Source of the DNA: an uncultured virus (IMG/VR IMGVR_UViG_3300020442_002637)
Lineage: Duplodnaviria > Heunggongvirae > Uroviricota > Caudoviricetes
IMG/VR virus record: IMGVR_UViG_3300020442_002637
DNA length: 60,958 nt
Direction: 5' to 3' (one strand)
Positions 9,853-19,158 of this stretch are shown piece by piece. The position numbers were made by a program, and so were the translations under genes. How positions within the stretch are numbered: the stretch's first letter is position 1; each line of letters begins with the position of its first letter. Below the pieces are notes generated by a model. It did not search any database, was not told the DNA's origin, and saw only the letters and a program-made list of their open reading frames with translations.

Positions 9853-10543
9853 TAAAAGAAATATTGATAAAAGTTTGTTTGATTACAAACCTGTAAATGT
9901 AGTTAACGGATTGCCTTGGCCAAGACTTCCTTCTGATTTTAATCCTTTGGAAAAAGTCGACGTACCATTAAAGGAAGAATACCTATTGCGAAGTATGGAC
10001 TACTTAGATACAGCCGAAGCACGTTGTATATTTGATAAACAAGCAGATATTATTATAGAACATAATATTAAAGGTATAATAGATGTTGGATGCAGAATCG
10101 GAATCTTAAATGACATACTATATGAAAGAGGATACACAAAATACAATTACATGGGATTTGATACTAGTAGTCAGCCTATTAATTACGCTAAAGAAGTGTG
10201 GAGTGAGTTTGATAATATAGAATATAGATGTGCAAGTATGTATAATCCTAATCCTGTAGAATTTGATGTTGATTGTGTAGTATGGAGCGGAGTGTTATTG
10301 TATGATCCTCAAAATCATATGCAATTATTTAGAGACGTTACTTTTGGTCAATACAATGCTAAACATGCAATTATACAAGAGCCATGCAAAGAACAAGATG
10401 GAGATAAATGGCTTCCTAACATGAAGTTGAATACAATTGAACAAGATTTGTACAAATATGCAGACGAATATAATTACAAAGATTGGATAGTTGAAGCACA
10501 AATATTTTCTGGACGCAGAAGGATAGCCCACGTATGGATCTAA
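9845..10543 (+). CDS. Class I SAM-dependent methyltransferase
   Basis: IIDVGCRIG, YMGFDTS, DCVVWSGVL. Confidence 0.8.
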   Translation: MPNKRNIDKSLFDYKPVNVVNGLPWPRLPSDFNPLEKVDVPLKEEYLLRSMDYLDTAEARCIFDKQADIIIEHNIKGIIDVGCRIGILNDILYERGYTKYNYMGFDTSSQPINYAKEVWSEFDNIEYRCASMYNPNPVEFDVDCVVWSGVLLYDPQNHMQLFRDVTFGQYNAKHAIIQEPCKEQDGDKWLPNMKLNTIEQDLYKYADEYNYKDWIVEAQIFSGRRRIAHVWI

Positions 10544-11094
10544 AAATAATTCCTTATATAATAGATGGTAAAGAAAATCCTCATATATCAGGTATAGACT
10601 TAATAAATGCCAAACAGGCAATTAAATATATGAAAGAAGAAAGTAAAACAGATAGGCTTTCAGAAAATTATGATAAATGGCTCAAACTAGAAACCATGGC
10701 AATGTATTGTGTTGTTTGGGATAACAAAACTAATAAGCCTGTTATGACTAGTGGTGCCCAACACATGAGTAACAATACTTGCAGACTCTTTAGTAGATAC
10801 TACTTGTTTAATGATTATAGGACCAAGCATAGTGATAATTTATATGCTAAAGTAGATGATTTTAAAACTGACATGTATATGCTTGAACAACTAAAAGACA
10901 AGTACAAACTGTTCTTTTGGAGTCGTGACAAAGGCACAGGTTTTTTCAAACGTATCAAAAAAGCAAGAAATGATGTATTTGAAAATTGGCAAGTACACGA
11001 CAAGCCTGTAGAAATTTTATGGAAAGATAATATTCAAGGTATTATGTATACAGGTAATATAAATTATATTAGTGAACTAGCGGTTAACAAATAA
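10534..11094 (+). CDS. Hypothetical protein, possibly GNAT-like
   Basis: Coupled ORF ending the operon; PVMTSG..CRLFSRYY weakly resembles the GNAT core. Confidence 0.4.
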   Translation: MDLKIIPYIIDGKENPHISGIDLINAKQAIKYMKEESKTDRLSENYDKWLKLETMAMYCVVWDNKTNKPVMTSGAQHMSNNTCRLFSRYYLFNDYRTKHSDNLYAKVDDFKTDMYMLEQLKDKYKLFFWSRDKGTGFFKRIKKARNDVFENWQVHDKPVEILWKDNIQGIMYTGNINYISELAVNK

Positions 11095-11718
11095 TCTTTC
11101 TGCTAACCAACCACCAGTATCCCATTTATGTAATCTTACTCTACGGAAGTTTTCGTGATGATTTCTGTGATAACCTTCACCTGCAATAAAGAAGTTTAAC
11201 CAAGGAACATTAGCACCGCCTTCTGTTCTATGTCCTATTGTGTTTAGTAATCCAAATCCTACTTTTGCAAACACAAACGGCACAGCCGCATATGCAATCC
11301 AAAAATAAGGGCTTATTAAGAAACTAATAACATTATGTGCTATAAGTATTTTTAAATGATGTTTGTGAAAAAATACTAATCTAGGATTTGCATATAGATC
11401 TTTTGCATACTTAGGAGGTATGTTTGGTATATCCCAAGTTGTAAGAAGCACTTTCCAAAAGCCTACATGTTTTGCACTGTGAGGATCTTTTTCACTGTCT
11501 GAATGATGATGATGCATACGATGACTTGCTATCCATCCAATAGGAGTTCTTATATAAGCTATTGAAAGCATGAATAATCCTACCCATTCAAACCAAACTG
11601 GAACTTTGAATTGTTTATGGCAATAATGTCTATGGAGAAGAATACTTGCACCAAAGTGACTGATTACTTGGCTCCATAATAATCCTGCTATAATTGCATA
11701 TGTAAGATCAATATTCAT
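11077..11718 (-). CDS. Membrane fatty-acid desaturase (delta-9/DesC-like)
   Basis: His boxes HRHYCH, HRMHH, GEGYHRNHH; DPHS; transmembrane segments. Confidence 0.9.
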   Translation of the reverse strand: MNIDLTYAIIAGLLWSQVISHFGASILLHRHYCHKQFKVPVWFEWVGLFMLSIAYIRTPIGWIASHRMHHHHSDSEKDPHSAKHVGFWKVLLTTWDIPNIPPKYAKDLYANPRLVFFHKHHLKILIAHNVISFLISPYFWIAYAAVPFVFAKVGFGLLNTIGHRTEGGANVPWLNFFIAGEGYHRNHHENFRRVRLHKWDTGGWLAERLFVNR

Positions 11719-12542
11719 TGTAAAATATTTATCCTTTCAATTACTCGGTTTGCATAATTTAGATGTTGTTCTATTCCAGGATGCATGTTATCACGTGCAA
11801 TGTCTTTATCTTTTCCGGGATAAAACTCAAATAGTAAAGAAGGTTGATTAGTAACTGATTCTATAATTTTACAGGTTTGTCCGTGCCACGCACCCCATAC
11901 AACCTCTACACCGTATAATTTTGCTACAAGTTCACCTGTAACAACAATATCTTTAATAGTGTGCCATAAATGTTCATCACTAAAATATTTGTACAATGCT
12001 TTTCTAACAGTTTCGTGTTCTCTGTCTTTTCTATCTTGATTTGGATGAATCGGCCAATGGTAATTTTGACTAGTTATGTAGTGAAATCTTTCTGGCCCTG
12101 GCAAGGTAATCACAGCATGTGACATGTTATACACTCTATTTGCCGCATGAAATAACTGTATTATTTGCTGTGCAGAATATCCTAGCATTCCTAAGTTAAG
12201 TGGTTCTTTTTTCAAATGATTAGATACAATGTTCGGAAAAATATCTTCTTCTGCAACACCTTCGCCGAATGTAAAACTGCATCCAAAGAATCCTATGCAA
12301 TCCTTATTGCTAGGAAATTTTCCTCTAAAGCCTATTCTGTTTATGCTGTAAGAAAAATTTTTGTATGGAATGGATCGTTTTTTTTCTGCTTTACTTAAAA
12401 ATTTGTAAACACCAGGAGATGTTGGATAGTCATTTTTATCATGATTCCAAGGACTAAAGTATAAGAGATCATCCGTGTATTTTACATTAAACGGGTTTAA
12501 GTTTTTTATTTGTGGTAGTGATTTTTCTATATCAGATTGCAT
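11715..12542 (-). CDS. SGNH/GDSL hydrolase-like protein
   Basis: FFGCSFTFGEG, NLGMLGYS, RDNMHPG. Confidence 0.65.
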   Translation of the reverse strand: MQSDIEKSLPQIKNLNPFNVKYTDDLLYFSPWNHDKNDYPTSPGVYKFLSKAEKKRSIPYKNFSYSINRIGFRGKFPSNKDCIGFFGCSFTFGEGVAEEDIFPNIVSNHLKKEPLNLGMLGYSAQQIIQLFHAANRVYNMSHAVITLPGPERFHYITSQNYHWPIHPNQDRKDREHETVRKALYKYFSDEHLWHTIKDIVVTGELVAKLYGVEVVWGAWHGQTCKIIESVTNQPSLLFEFYPGKDKDIARDNMHPGIEQHLNYANRVIERINILQ

Positions 12543-12547
12543 ACTAT

Positions 12548-12576
12548 ATTATAGCAACTAACAAAATGTTAGTCAA
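12548..12576 (-). promoter_or_regulatory. Sigma70-type promoter (leaderless) for the SGNH-like gene
   Basis: TTGACT-17-TATAAT; ATG begins 5 nt after the -10 box. Confidence 0.75.
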
Positions 12577-12586
12577 CCTAAATTAA

Positions 12587-13666
12587 TTAGTATAAATCGT
12601 TCCAGGTTGTGCCGTTATACCCTTGATGCTTGTTTGTTGATGTAAGATAAATCATCATACCTGCGATTGGTGATGTAATAGCAGCATCTCTAGCGGTTGC
12701 ATCGGCGTATGTTCCTGGAATAATTGGACCGTTAACGTCTAACTTAGTTCTAGGACTAAATGTACCAACACCAAAGTCGCCGCCGTTAATTGTTAGGTAA
12801 TCATTTCCAGTTAATGTTCCTGATCCATTGTTACCTATAATAAGGAAATCTCTTGTAGCACTTATTCTTGAAGTAGTTACACGCCCGCCTGGGTCATTTC
12901 TTTCAAAACTGATAGTACCATAATTTAAATCACTTCCGCTAATGTCTGATTCAGATTTTCTGGCAAAAACAGCAACAGTCATTCCGTCATTACTACTAAA
13001 AATTACCTGGGTATCTGTAGCAGGATCTGTGCCTTCTATATCAAGCCTAGCTGGATAATTAATTATTTGTGAGTTCAGTGTACCTGTTATACCATCAAAA
13101 ATTACTCTAGAATCGTCCCCAAAAACACTACCTATTACATCGCCTGTAAGTGTTCCTGTTGCATTTATCGCACCGGTGAAATTTCCTGTATGATTACCAC
13201 TTGCATCACCTGTTAAATTTCCGTTTACATTACCAGTTACATTACCAACTACACTACCGGTTAATGTACCTACTAATGAAGTTGCAGTTACAGAAGTTGT
13301 GTTAACTACACCTGTGATTTGGTTATTTACTGCATCTACAAGAATTGAAGAATCATCACCTACAATAGAACCTTTGTAATCACCTACAAAACTACTTGCG
13401 GTAATAGTACCACTTGCAGTGATAGTTCCAGTAATGTCTATATTTCCAACACCTTGAATATTTTGTGAATTAGTATCAAGAGTTCCGCCAAGTTGCGGAG
13501 TTACATCTTCAAGAACATTATTGATACCACTTACAATATTTCCTCCTACACTAGAGCCATCTCCAGCATAAATCTTCTTAGTATCAGTGGTATAAATTAA
13601 TTCGCCTTCTGCAGGCGTGATAGTTCCTCTTTGTGCATCCGTTCCGCGTCTAAGTCTTAAGGCCAT
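12587..13666 (-). CDS. Tail-fibre-like structural protein with Mtd/hyaluronidase-type N-terminus
   Basis: ALRLRRGT...PAEGELIYTTDTKKIYAGDG, GNVT/G-x-x-x repeats, C-terminal GMMIY...GYNGTTW. Confidence 0.75.
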   Translation of the reverse strand: MALRLRRGTDAQRGTITPAEGELIYTTDTKKIYAGDGSSVGGNIVSGINNVLEDVTPQLGGTLDTNSQNIQGVGNIDITGTITASGTITASSFVGDYKGSIVGDDSSILVDAVNNQITGVVNTTSVTATSLVGTLTGSVVGNVTGNVNGNLTGDASGNHTGNFTGAINATGTLTGDVIGSVFGDDSRVIFDGITGTLNSQIINYPARLDIEGTDPATDTQVIFSSNDGMTVAVFARKSESDISGSDLNYGTISFERNDPGGRVTTSRISATRDFLIIGNNGSGTLTGNDYLTINGGDFGVGTFSPRTKLDVNGPIIPGTYADATARDAAITSPIAGMMIYLTSTNKHQGYNGTTWNDLY

Positions 13667-13696
13667 GTGTATTAACTCCTAGTGAATTACTATATG

Positions 13697-13704
13697 TATT
13701 TATA
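13697..13704 (-). promoter_or_regulatory. T4-like late promoter TATAAATA
   Basis: Exact consensus upstream of the tail-fibre-like gene and its AGGAG RBS. Confidence 0.75.
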
Positions 13705-13721
13705 CTTTTAAGCATATAAAC

Positions 13722-14039
13722 TCACCTGCGTTTTTTCATAAAACTAGCAGTCCGGGCTTGAATATCTTTTTTTATCTTGTGTGTATCAAGCCTAAAATCA
13801 ATGTTTTGTATTGATTTTTCATATTGAGCAAATAAATCTTTTAGAGATTTTTCAACTGCTTCAGGACTGTCTTTTAGCTTACTACGTTGTACGTCTATAT
13901 CCCACATTTTTCCATCGGAAAATTGTACTCTTACAGAATGAAGATACTTTATGGGTACCACATTTAGCTCTACGTCTTTGAAAACTTCGGGCCAATGTTC
14001 GACTACATCATTAGGAAGCTTCTGTTTCTTTTTAGGCAC
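13722..14039 (-). CDS. Hypothetical phage protein
   Basis: Coupled ORF in minus-strand operon. Confidence 0.6.
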   Translation of the reverse strand: MPKKKQKLPNDVVEHWPEVFKDVELNVVPIKYLHSVRVQFSDGKMWDIDVQRSKLKDSPEAVEKSLKDLFAQYEKSIQNIDFRLDTHKIKKDIQARTASFMKKRR

Positions 14040-14631
14040 TTTGAGTAGCAGTCTTCTTTTTCTTAGTAGGTGCTAACTCTTCTGCTTGTTCTCTTAGTCT
14101 TTTTGCTTCTTTGAACATTCTGTCCGCTTGTGATCTATAACTAGCGGCAAGGTCGTCATCAGATAAAACATCTGTGTTTGCATTTACTGTAGGTGTCTCT
14201 GCTTCTACAGGATCTGTAGTAACAGGTTCAGCTGTTTCACCTTGCGGATTTGTTAAAGCCAAATCAGCAATACTAACACCTTTTTGGTCTGCAATGACTT
14301 TGTTTAATTCATCTAAACCTATAGTAGTATTACTATCAGGAGTCATTTCAACTTCTGTTTGTAAGAACTTTGCCATTTTTCCTGTGGTGTGAAATCTTGC
14401 TAACATATTGCTACCGTCACTCAACCTAGCTCTTGCCATTACTTCAGCAAATTCAAAAGCAGTTTGACCTGCATTAGATTCTACCAAGGTCATAAGTGTA
14501 TCATGATCTGCGGCATCTAAGTTTTCAGTAGTAACACATACACAATGATTTGTGTCTCCAGGTACTACTCTATATGCTACAATTAGCTTTCTTTTATTTT
14601 TTTTAAGTCTTCCGACATGTTTAAGAGCCAT
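14032..14631 (-). CDS. Conserved hypothetical phage protein
   Basis: Start adjusted to MALKHVG after AAGGA. Confidence 0.65.
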   Translation of the reverse strand: MALKHVGRLKKNKRKLIVAYRVVPGDTNHCVCVTTENLDAADHDTLMTLVESNAGQTAFEFAEVMARARLSDGSNMLARFHTTGKMAKFLQTEVEMTPDSNTTIGLDELNKVIADQKGVSIADLALTNPQGETAEPVTTDPVEAETPTVNANTDVLSDDDLAASYRSQADRMFKEAKRLREQAEELAPTKKKKTATQSA

Positions 14632-14896
14632 CTTTATTTCCTTCTGTTGCTTTTTGACTTGCGGCAACTGCATTTAAGAATGTCTCTAGTTTACTGTAAG
14701 TAGTTCCTACCACAGTCATTTCGTTGGGCTTAAAGGCACCTCTGCTACTAGCGACATCGATTATTTGTTTGATTGCATTTAAATCAGAAACTGTAAGTTC
14801 AACATTTTGCTGATCAGGCGTAGCCGCTGGTTGCGGTGCTACAGGCTGAGCGGCAGGTGCTTCTTTCGCTTCTGTTTTATCTTTTTCGTCACTCAT
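14621..14896 (-). CDS. Hypothetical phage protein
   Basis: RBS AAGGAG; GTAAATA upstream. Confidence 0.65.
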   Translation of the reverse strand: MSDEKDKTEAKEAPAAQPVAPQPAATPDQQNVELTVSDLNAIKQIIDVASSRGAFKPNEMTVVGTTYSKLETFLNAVAASQKATEGNKDGS

Positions 14897-14933
14897 AAAA
14901 GTTTCTCCTTATATTGTAATTATGACAAAATAT

Positions 14934-15224
14934 TTACTTGTATTTCAAATATGGACAAGCCAAAGTGAAATAAGATAGTTCTTTTGGTTCTTCAAAGCCT
15001 ATCTTTAGTGCTTCGTCCATGCTATTAGAATCAGTAATATGCATGGCTTTACCTACGTAAAACCTACCTTTTAAGTTGTCTGTAATCCACTTAGAAATTG
15101 TATTTTCTATGTTATATCTAATGGGTATATTGATATATTCAAAATGAGCAGGCGGGGATTGAGGTTTTCTTACACCAAAAAATTCTAAACTATTAGGGTT
15201 TCTAGGCGTTAATTGCTTCTTCAT
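14934..15224 (-). CDS. Hypothetical phage protein
   Basis: Start adjusted to MKKQL; the longer ORF overlaps the VWA gene. Confidence 0.55.
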   Translation of the reverse strand: MKKQLTPRNPNSLEFFGVRKPQSPPAHFEYINIPIRYNIENTISKWITDNLKGRFYVGKAMHITDSNSMDEALKIGFEEPKELSYFTLACPYLKYK

Positions 15225-16479
15225 AGTGTGTAGTAACTCCAAAAGGCGCCTCAAAGTTCTTATCATGATATCCATGTATAATGAATACTGTATCACAATA
15301 ATCAGGATCGCCCCAGCTATCCCAAGGATAGCCATCTGTAAACATAATAAACTTTTTAGGCTTTATATCATTTTCTTTCATGTAATTCCAGTTACAAACA
15401 AAGTCTGTGCCACCGCCACCTTTGAGTTGATAAGATGTTAAATCTTCTGATGTATCTGAAGTAAAATCTTGTTCGTTATAAACTTGTGTATCAAAACACC
15501 AAACTTTAATATTAAAGTCCTTGTATTGATCCATTATACCTTTTACTTCAGAAAGCATTTCTTTTGCTTGTGGATTTCCAATTGAACCACTCATATCAAA
15601 ACCAATACAAATGTCAATTGTTTCTTCGTAATTCATGCCAGGAAGAATAGCACCTATGTGCCAACCTTTTCGTGAAGGTCGACTAAATGTATAATCATTT
15701 TTAATCGTGCTTTGAATTTGTTGTTGAATAATTTCACGCCAAGACATTTTAGGTTCAGTAAGTTCTTTGATCATTCGATCAATTTCACCCGGAACATTAC
15801 CAGCACCAGCGGCCTGGGCGGCCTGCATCATACCATCTTTTATTTCTTCTTTTATTTTACGTAGTTCTTCTTTTGTATATTTAGGTGGTTTCTTAGATCC
15901 ACCTTTGCTCTTACCATTTTTTGCATCACCTTCACCGTTGCCTTCTTCCCAGTCAATGTGTTCATCCAACAGTTCACCTAAATCAGATAGATCAATTTTT
16001 TCACAGTTTTTATAAAGGTCATCGTAAACCTGTTCAGAACTCCAACCTTCATATTTAAAATCTTGTATGATAGGAATTTGTGTTACTTTTTCACCAATAC
16101 GTTCTCTTACAAGAATATTGTTTACAAGATAATCACATGCAATATTATGTAACTGCGGGTTTCTATCTTCCCTACGAGTAAGATGATCAAATGCACAATG
16201 TAAAATTTCATGTGCAATTACAAACTCGATTTGCTTTGGACTAAGTGCATTAAAAAATTGTGTGTTAAAATACAAATGTCTGCCATCTGTAGCGGCAGTA
16301 GGACACCAATCATCACAATGTTGGATTTTTAATCTTGTAGCCATATTACCAAAAAATGGATGCCTTAAAAGCAATCCTACCCTAGCAACGACAACTTTGT
16401 CGTATACTTCTTTTCTCATTTCTAGTAATTCGTCTAACGGAAGATCTACGGGTTTAAAACTTTTTGTATCTAGTGCCAT
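15202..16479 (-). CDS. VWA-domain protein with N-terminal HExxH metallopeptidase-like domain (DUF2201 type)
   Basis: TAATDG, AHEILHC, MIDAS motif DMSGS, GGGGTDF, FTDG; RBS GGAGG. Confidence 0.9.
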   Translation of the reverse strand: MALDTKSFKPVDLPLDELLEMRKEVYDKVVVARVGLLLRHPFFGNMATRLKIQHCDDWCPTAATDGRHLYFNTQFFNALSPKQIEFVIAHEILHCAFDHLTRREDRNPQLHNIACDYLVNNILVRERIGEKVTQIPIIQDFKYEGWSSEQVYDDLYKNCEKIDLSDLGELLDEHIDWEEGNGEGDAKNGKSKGGSKKPPKYTKEELRKIKEEIKDGMMQAAQAAGAGNVPGEIDRMIKELTEPKMSWREIIQQQIQSTIKNDYTFSRPSRKGWHIGAILPGMNYEETIDICIGFDMSGSIGNPQAKEMLSEVKGIMDQYKDFNIKVWCFDTQVYNEQDFTSDTSEDLTSYQLKGGGGTDFVCNWNYMKENDIKPKKFIMFTDGYPWDSWGDPDYCDTVFIIHGYHDKNFEAPFGVTTHYEEAINA

Positions 16480-16502
16480 TTGTGCCTCCTTATTATGTTT
16501 AT

Positions 16503-16531
16503 ATAATACATGATATTCTGGCAAAAGTCAA
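16503..16531 (-). promoter_or_regulatory. Sigma70-type promoter
   Basis: TTGACT-17-TATTAT upstream of the VWA gene. Confidence 0.6.
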
Positions 16532-16537
16532 ATAAAA

Positions 16538-16564
16538 TGGACATTTTTTTAAGAGAAATGTCCA
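16538..16564 (-). terminator. Probable intrinsic terminator after the MoxR gene
   Basis: 9-bp stem TGGACATTT/AAATGTCCA followed by a T-rich tract on the minus strand. Confidence 0.5.
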
Positions 16565-16575
16565 AAACTCTTTGA

Positions 16576-17661
16576 TTATGCCTGTTGTGCTTTAGTAATA
16601 TACTTACCAAAACGATCATGAAACTCATCAAAACATTCAACTTCGTCTGGATCAATTGGTAGGGCATATTGAGTGAGGGCTAATTTGACACCCATTACAA
16701 CCAATTCAGTTTCGAAGTTATCCATCATAAAACGTAAAAACCTATCAACTTGTGTATCAAAATCTTTTACATTTTTGTCGGATGCTTCTTTAAGTTCATA
16801 GCAGAGCGAGACCGTCAAGGAATACATGGCACTGATTTCTTTGGTCTGTAGCTCTTTAACCTTACCGGATAAGATCTCAGTAGGGTTAGGCATTTGTGCC
16901 GCAACCTTACGGTGGGCACTGAACTTGATTGCAAGGCCTTCGCCTACACAACCTGACACAAGATCAGTTTGTGTTTCTTCATCAAGATCATCTTCAAGCA
17001 ATTCACTTACAAAAGACCAACTACGTGGCGTTGCAAAAGAACGGCTCGGAGACTTCGGATCAAAGTCGTATAAGTCTTTTTTGCTAAACTGCAAATAACC
17101 AACTACGTCTTTGTGAATTTTATTGTCAACCGCCCACTGAAACCAATCATCAAAATCAACTGCTAGTTCCAAGTGAACAAATCTATTTGATAAAGGTGCT
17201 GGCATTCTATAAACTACACCTTTATCTGCTTCTCTGTTACCAGCGGCAACAATATAAACATTGTCTGGCAAAGTATATTGCCCAACACGTCTATTCAAAA
17301 TAAGCTGATAAGCGGCGGCTTGTACAGCCGGTGCCGCGGAATTCATTTCGTCCAAAAACAAAATAATATTTTTATATTTCTTCGCCATTTTTGCATCTGG
17401 AAGATCCACTGGCGGTGCCCATTGCATATTATTGTCATTTGCCGCATAGTATGGAATACCTTTAATATCTGTAGGTTCCCATAGAGACAATCGAATGTCA
17501 ATAACATGAGCATCCATATATTCACCAATTTGGTGAACAACATCTGATTTACCAATACCTGGAGGTCCCCAAATAAAGATCGGACGTTTCTTTTTCATGC
17601 TATGCATGATTCTAGTTTTTGCTTTGTTTGGACTTATAGTGCGAATTGCTACGTTTTCCAT
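16576..17661 (-). CDS. MoxR/AAA_5-type AAA+ ATPase
   Basis: Walker A GPPGIGKS, Walker B LFLDE, AAGNR, NRF, TPRSW; adjacent VWA partner. Confidence 0.9.
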   Translation of the reverse strand: MENVAIRTISPNKAKTRIMHSMKKKRPIFIWGPPGIGKSDVVHQIGEYMDAHVIDIRLSLWEPTDIKGIPYYAANDNNMQWAPPVDLPDAKMAKKYKNIILFLDEMNSAAPAVQAAAYQLILNRRVGQYTLPDNVYIVAAGNREADKGVVYRMPAPLSNRFVHLELAVDFDDWFQWAVDNKIHKDVVGYLQFSKKDLYDFDPKSPSRSFATPRSWSFVSELLEDDLDEETQTDLVSGCVGEGLAIKFSAHRKVAAQMPNPTEILSGKVKELQTKEISAMYSLTVSLCYELKEASDKNVKDFDTQVDRFLRFMMDNFETELVVMGVKLALTQYALPIDPDEVECFDEFHDRFGKYITKAQQA

Positions 17662-17709
17662 TTTGTACTCCTTTGTTTCAGTCAGTGCCTAATTTCTAAC
17701 TATATATAC

Positions 17710-17737
17710 AGTATAGCATCACTAGATACAAAGTCAA
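17710..17737 (-). promoter_or_regulatory. Sigma70-type promoter
   Basis: TTGACT-16-TATACT with TGn extension. Confidence 0.6.
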
Positions 17738-17757
17738 CCTCAATGTTACCAAAATGT

Positions 17758-18138
17758 TTAGGATTGGCGTTTCATAGCCTTTACAAGTCCATATTTACGT
17801 AGGTCGCCTGAAAAAAGATGCAGTTCTAATGACTTCTTTTCGTCCGTAACATATATACTTGTTTTAGATAAGAAATATGGACAATTAATAAACTTGTCAA
17901 GGAATATAATTGTTTGTGTTGTAAATGGTTTGTCTTTTGGATACGGAACTTCGTAAAATCTTAAGTCTAATTTTTCAATTAAAAAATCAAAACCTGCAGA
18001 TGTAAGACGCAGGCCACCTGTGTCTTTTGACCTAGTATTTTGCCACCATAGAGGCATATACTCTTTTAGTGTAGCATCTGTAATAGCAATGTTTGCTTGT
18101 TTTAAGAAAATTTTTGTGTATGTTTCTTTTACACTCAT
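17758..18138 (-). CDS. Conserved hypothetical phage protein
   Basis: ATGA-coupled ORF. Confidence 0.6.
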   Translation of the reverse strand: MSVKETYTKIFLKQANIAITDATLKEYMPLWWQNTRSKDTGGLRLTSAGFDFLIEKLDLRFYEVPYPKDKPFTTQTIIFLDKFINCPYFLSKTSIYVTDEKKSLELHLFSGDLRKYGLVKAMKRQS

Positions 18139-18422
18139 TCTTCAACTTCTTCACCTGTCGTCAATTTAATAACTGAAAAATCTTGACAATCAAACATGTC
18201 ATTGAGTTTTTGAGATAAATTGTGTGCATGACCAGGATTAGAAAATGAAACTTTTTTATATTTAGGACCAGGGTAATTTGTTAAAGAATTTAAACTTTTT
18301 AAGTTAAAAGGTTTGCTTTTATAAAATACAGCCCATATAGCTTCTGCATCTAAAACTTGTTCTGCTCTATAGGTCTTTTTATCTACATATTCTAATAGTA
18401 TTTTAGGTTTTGGTCTACTCAT
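18135..18422 (-). CDS. Conserved hypothetical phage protein (MSRPKP...)
   Basis: ORF downstream of GATAAATA late-type promoter. Confidence 0.65.
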   Translation of the reverse strand: MSRPKPKILLEYVDKKTYRAEQVLDAEAIWAVFYKSKPFNLKSLNSLTNYPGPKYKKVSFSNPGHAHNLSQKLNDMFDCQDFSVIKLTTGEEVEE

Positions 18423-18456
18423 GTTATATACGTATCCTTAGTTATATACGTATATA
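18423..18456. repeat. 13-bp direct repeat GTTATATACGTAT x2 containing 14-bp palindrome TATATACGTATATA
   Basis: Copies at 18423-18435 and 18441-18453; palindrome at 18443-18456. Confidence 0.85.
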
Positions 18457-18467
18457 TTTATCTTTTT

Positions 18468-18701
18468 TTACCAGCCTTTGCCGCCATCAAGTTCGACTTT
18501 AATAGTTTCTTCTTGTTTAGGCTGAACCAAAATCTTTTCTAAATCACCATTTAATCGTGCTAATACTATGCCTAGAGTAAATGCTAAAGATTTTGCTTGT
18601 TGGATATCCAATGTTACATCTTTAGCTCTACCAGCATCAGCACCTTTCACTTGTTTTAGAAATTGCTGTATAGGACCTGTATTAATAGGTTCATTTTGCA
18701 T
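18468..18701 (-). CDS. Hypothetical phage protein
   Basis: Coupled ORF. Confidence 0.6.
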   Translation of the reverse strand: MQNEPINTGPIQQFLKQVKGADAGRAKDVTLDIQQAKSLAFTLGIVLARLNGDLEKILVQPKQEETIKVELDGGKGW

Positions 18702-19158
18702 TTGCTTTTCCTAATGCTTCTCGCATTTCTATTTTAGTCTTAAACGGACCTTGGTACTTATATCTTTCTAAAGTAATCAATTTAGGACAAAAACTTTTTA
18801 CCCAACCTTTTTCAAATTCAATACAGTAAAAACCTGCACAATATAAACTTTTAGATTTTCTGCTCTTTGTAAAAAGTGGTAATTTGTTTTTTACATCATA
18901 AAGTGGATTATGTGGAATAGTAGAAGTAGGATATCCATATACTTCTTTTGTGTCTACCTCTGTAATTTCTAGTTTATTCCATTCTATTTTTTTGCCAATA
19001 TCTTTCTCTACAAGATTTTCATTCTCAAAAAATCTTGTGCCTTTTGAGTCACTTAAAAGATATTTTTCATCAGACAAAGATAAAGTTGCAATTTTGGCTC
19101 CGTTATCTTCTAAGATCCAAAATTTGCCGTCTATTACTTCTTTTGCTTTTACACCCAT
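18691..19158 (-). CDS. Conserved hypothetical phage protein
   Basis: Coupled ORF; PLFTKS..SKSLYCAG..FCPK. Confidence 0.65.
   Translation of the reverse strand: MGVKAKEVIDGKFWILEDNGAKIATLSLSDEKYLLSDSKGTRFFENENLVEKDIGKKIEWNKLEITEVDTKEVYGYPTSTIPHNPLYDVKNKLPLFTKSRKSKSLYCAGFYCIEFEKGWVKSFCPKLITLERYKYQGPFKTKIEMREALGKANAK

Noticed and set aside
12587..13666. Diversity-generating retroelement target because of the Mtd-like N-terminus
   Set aside because: No reverse transcriptase or template/variable repeat pair seen; this N-terminal module is common in tail fibres.
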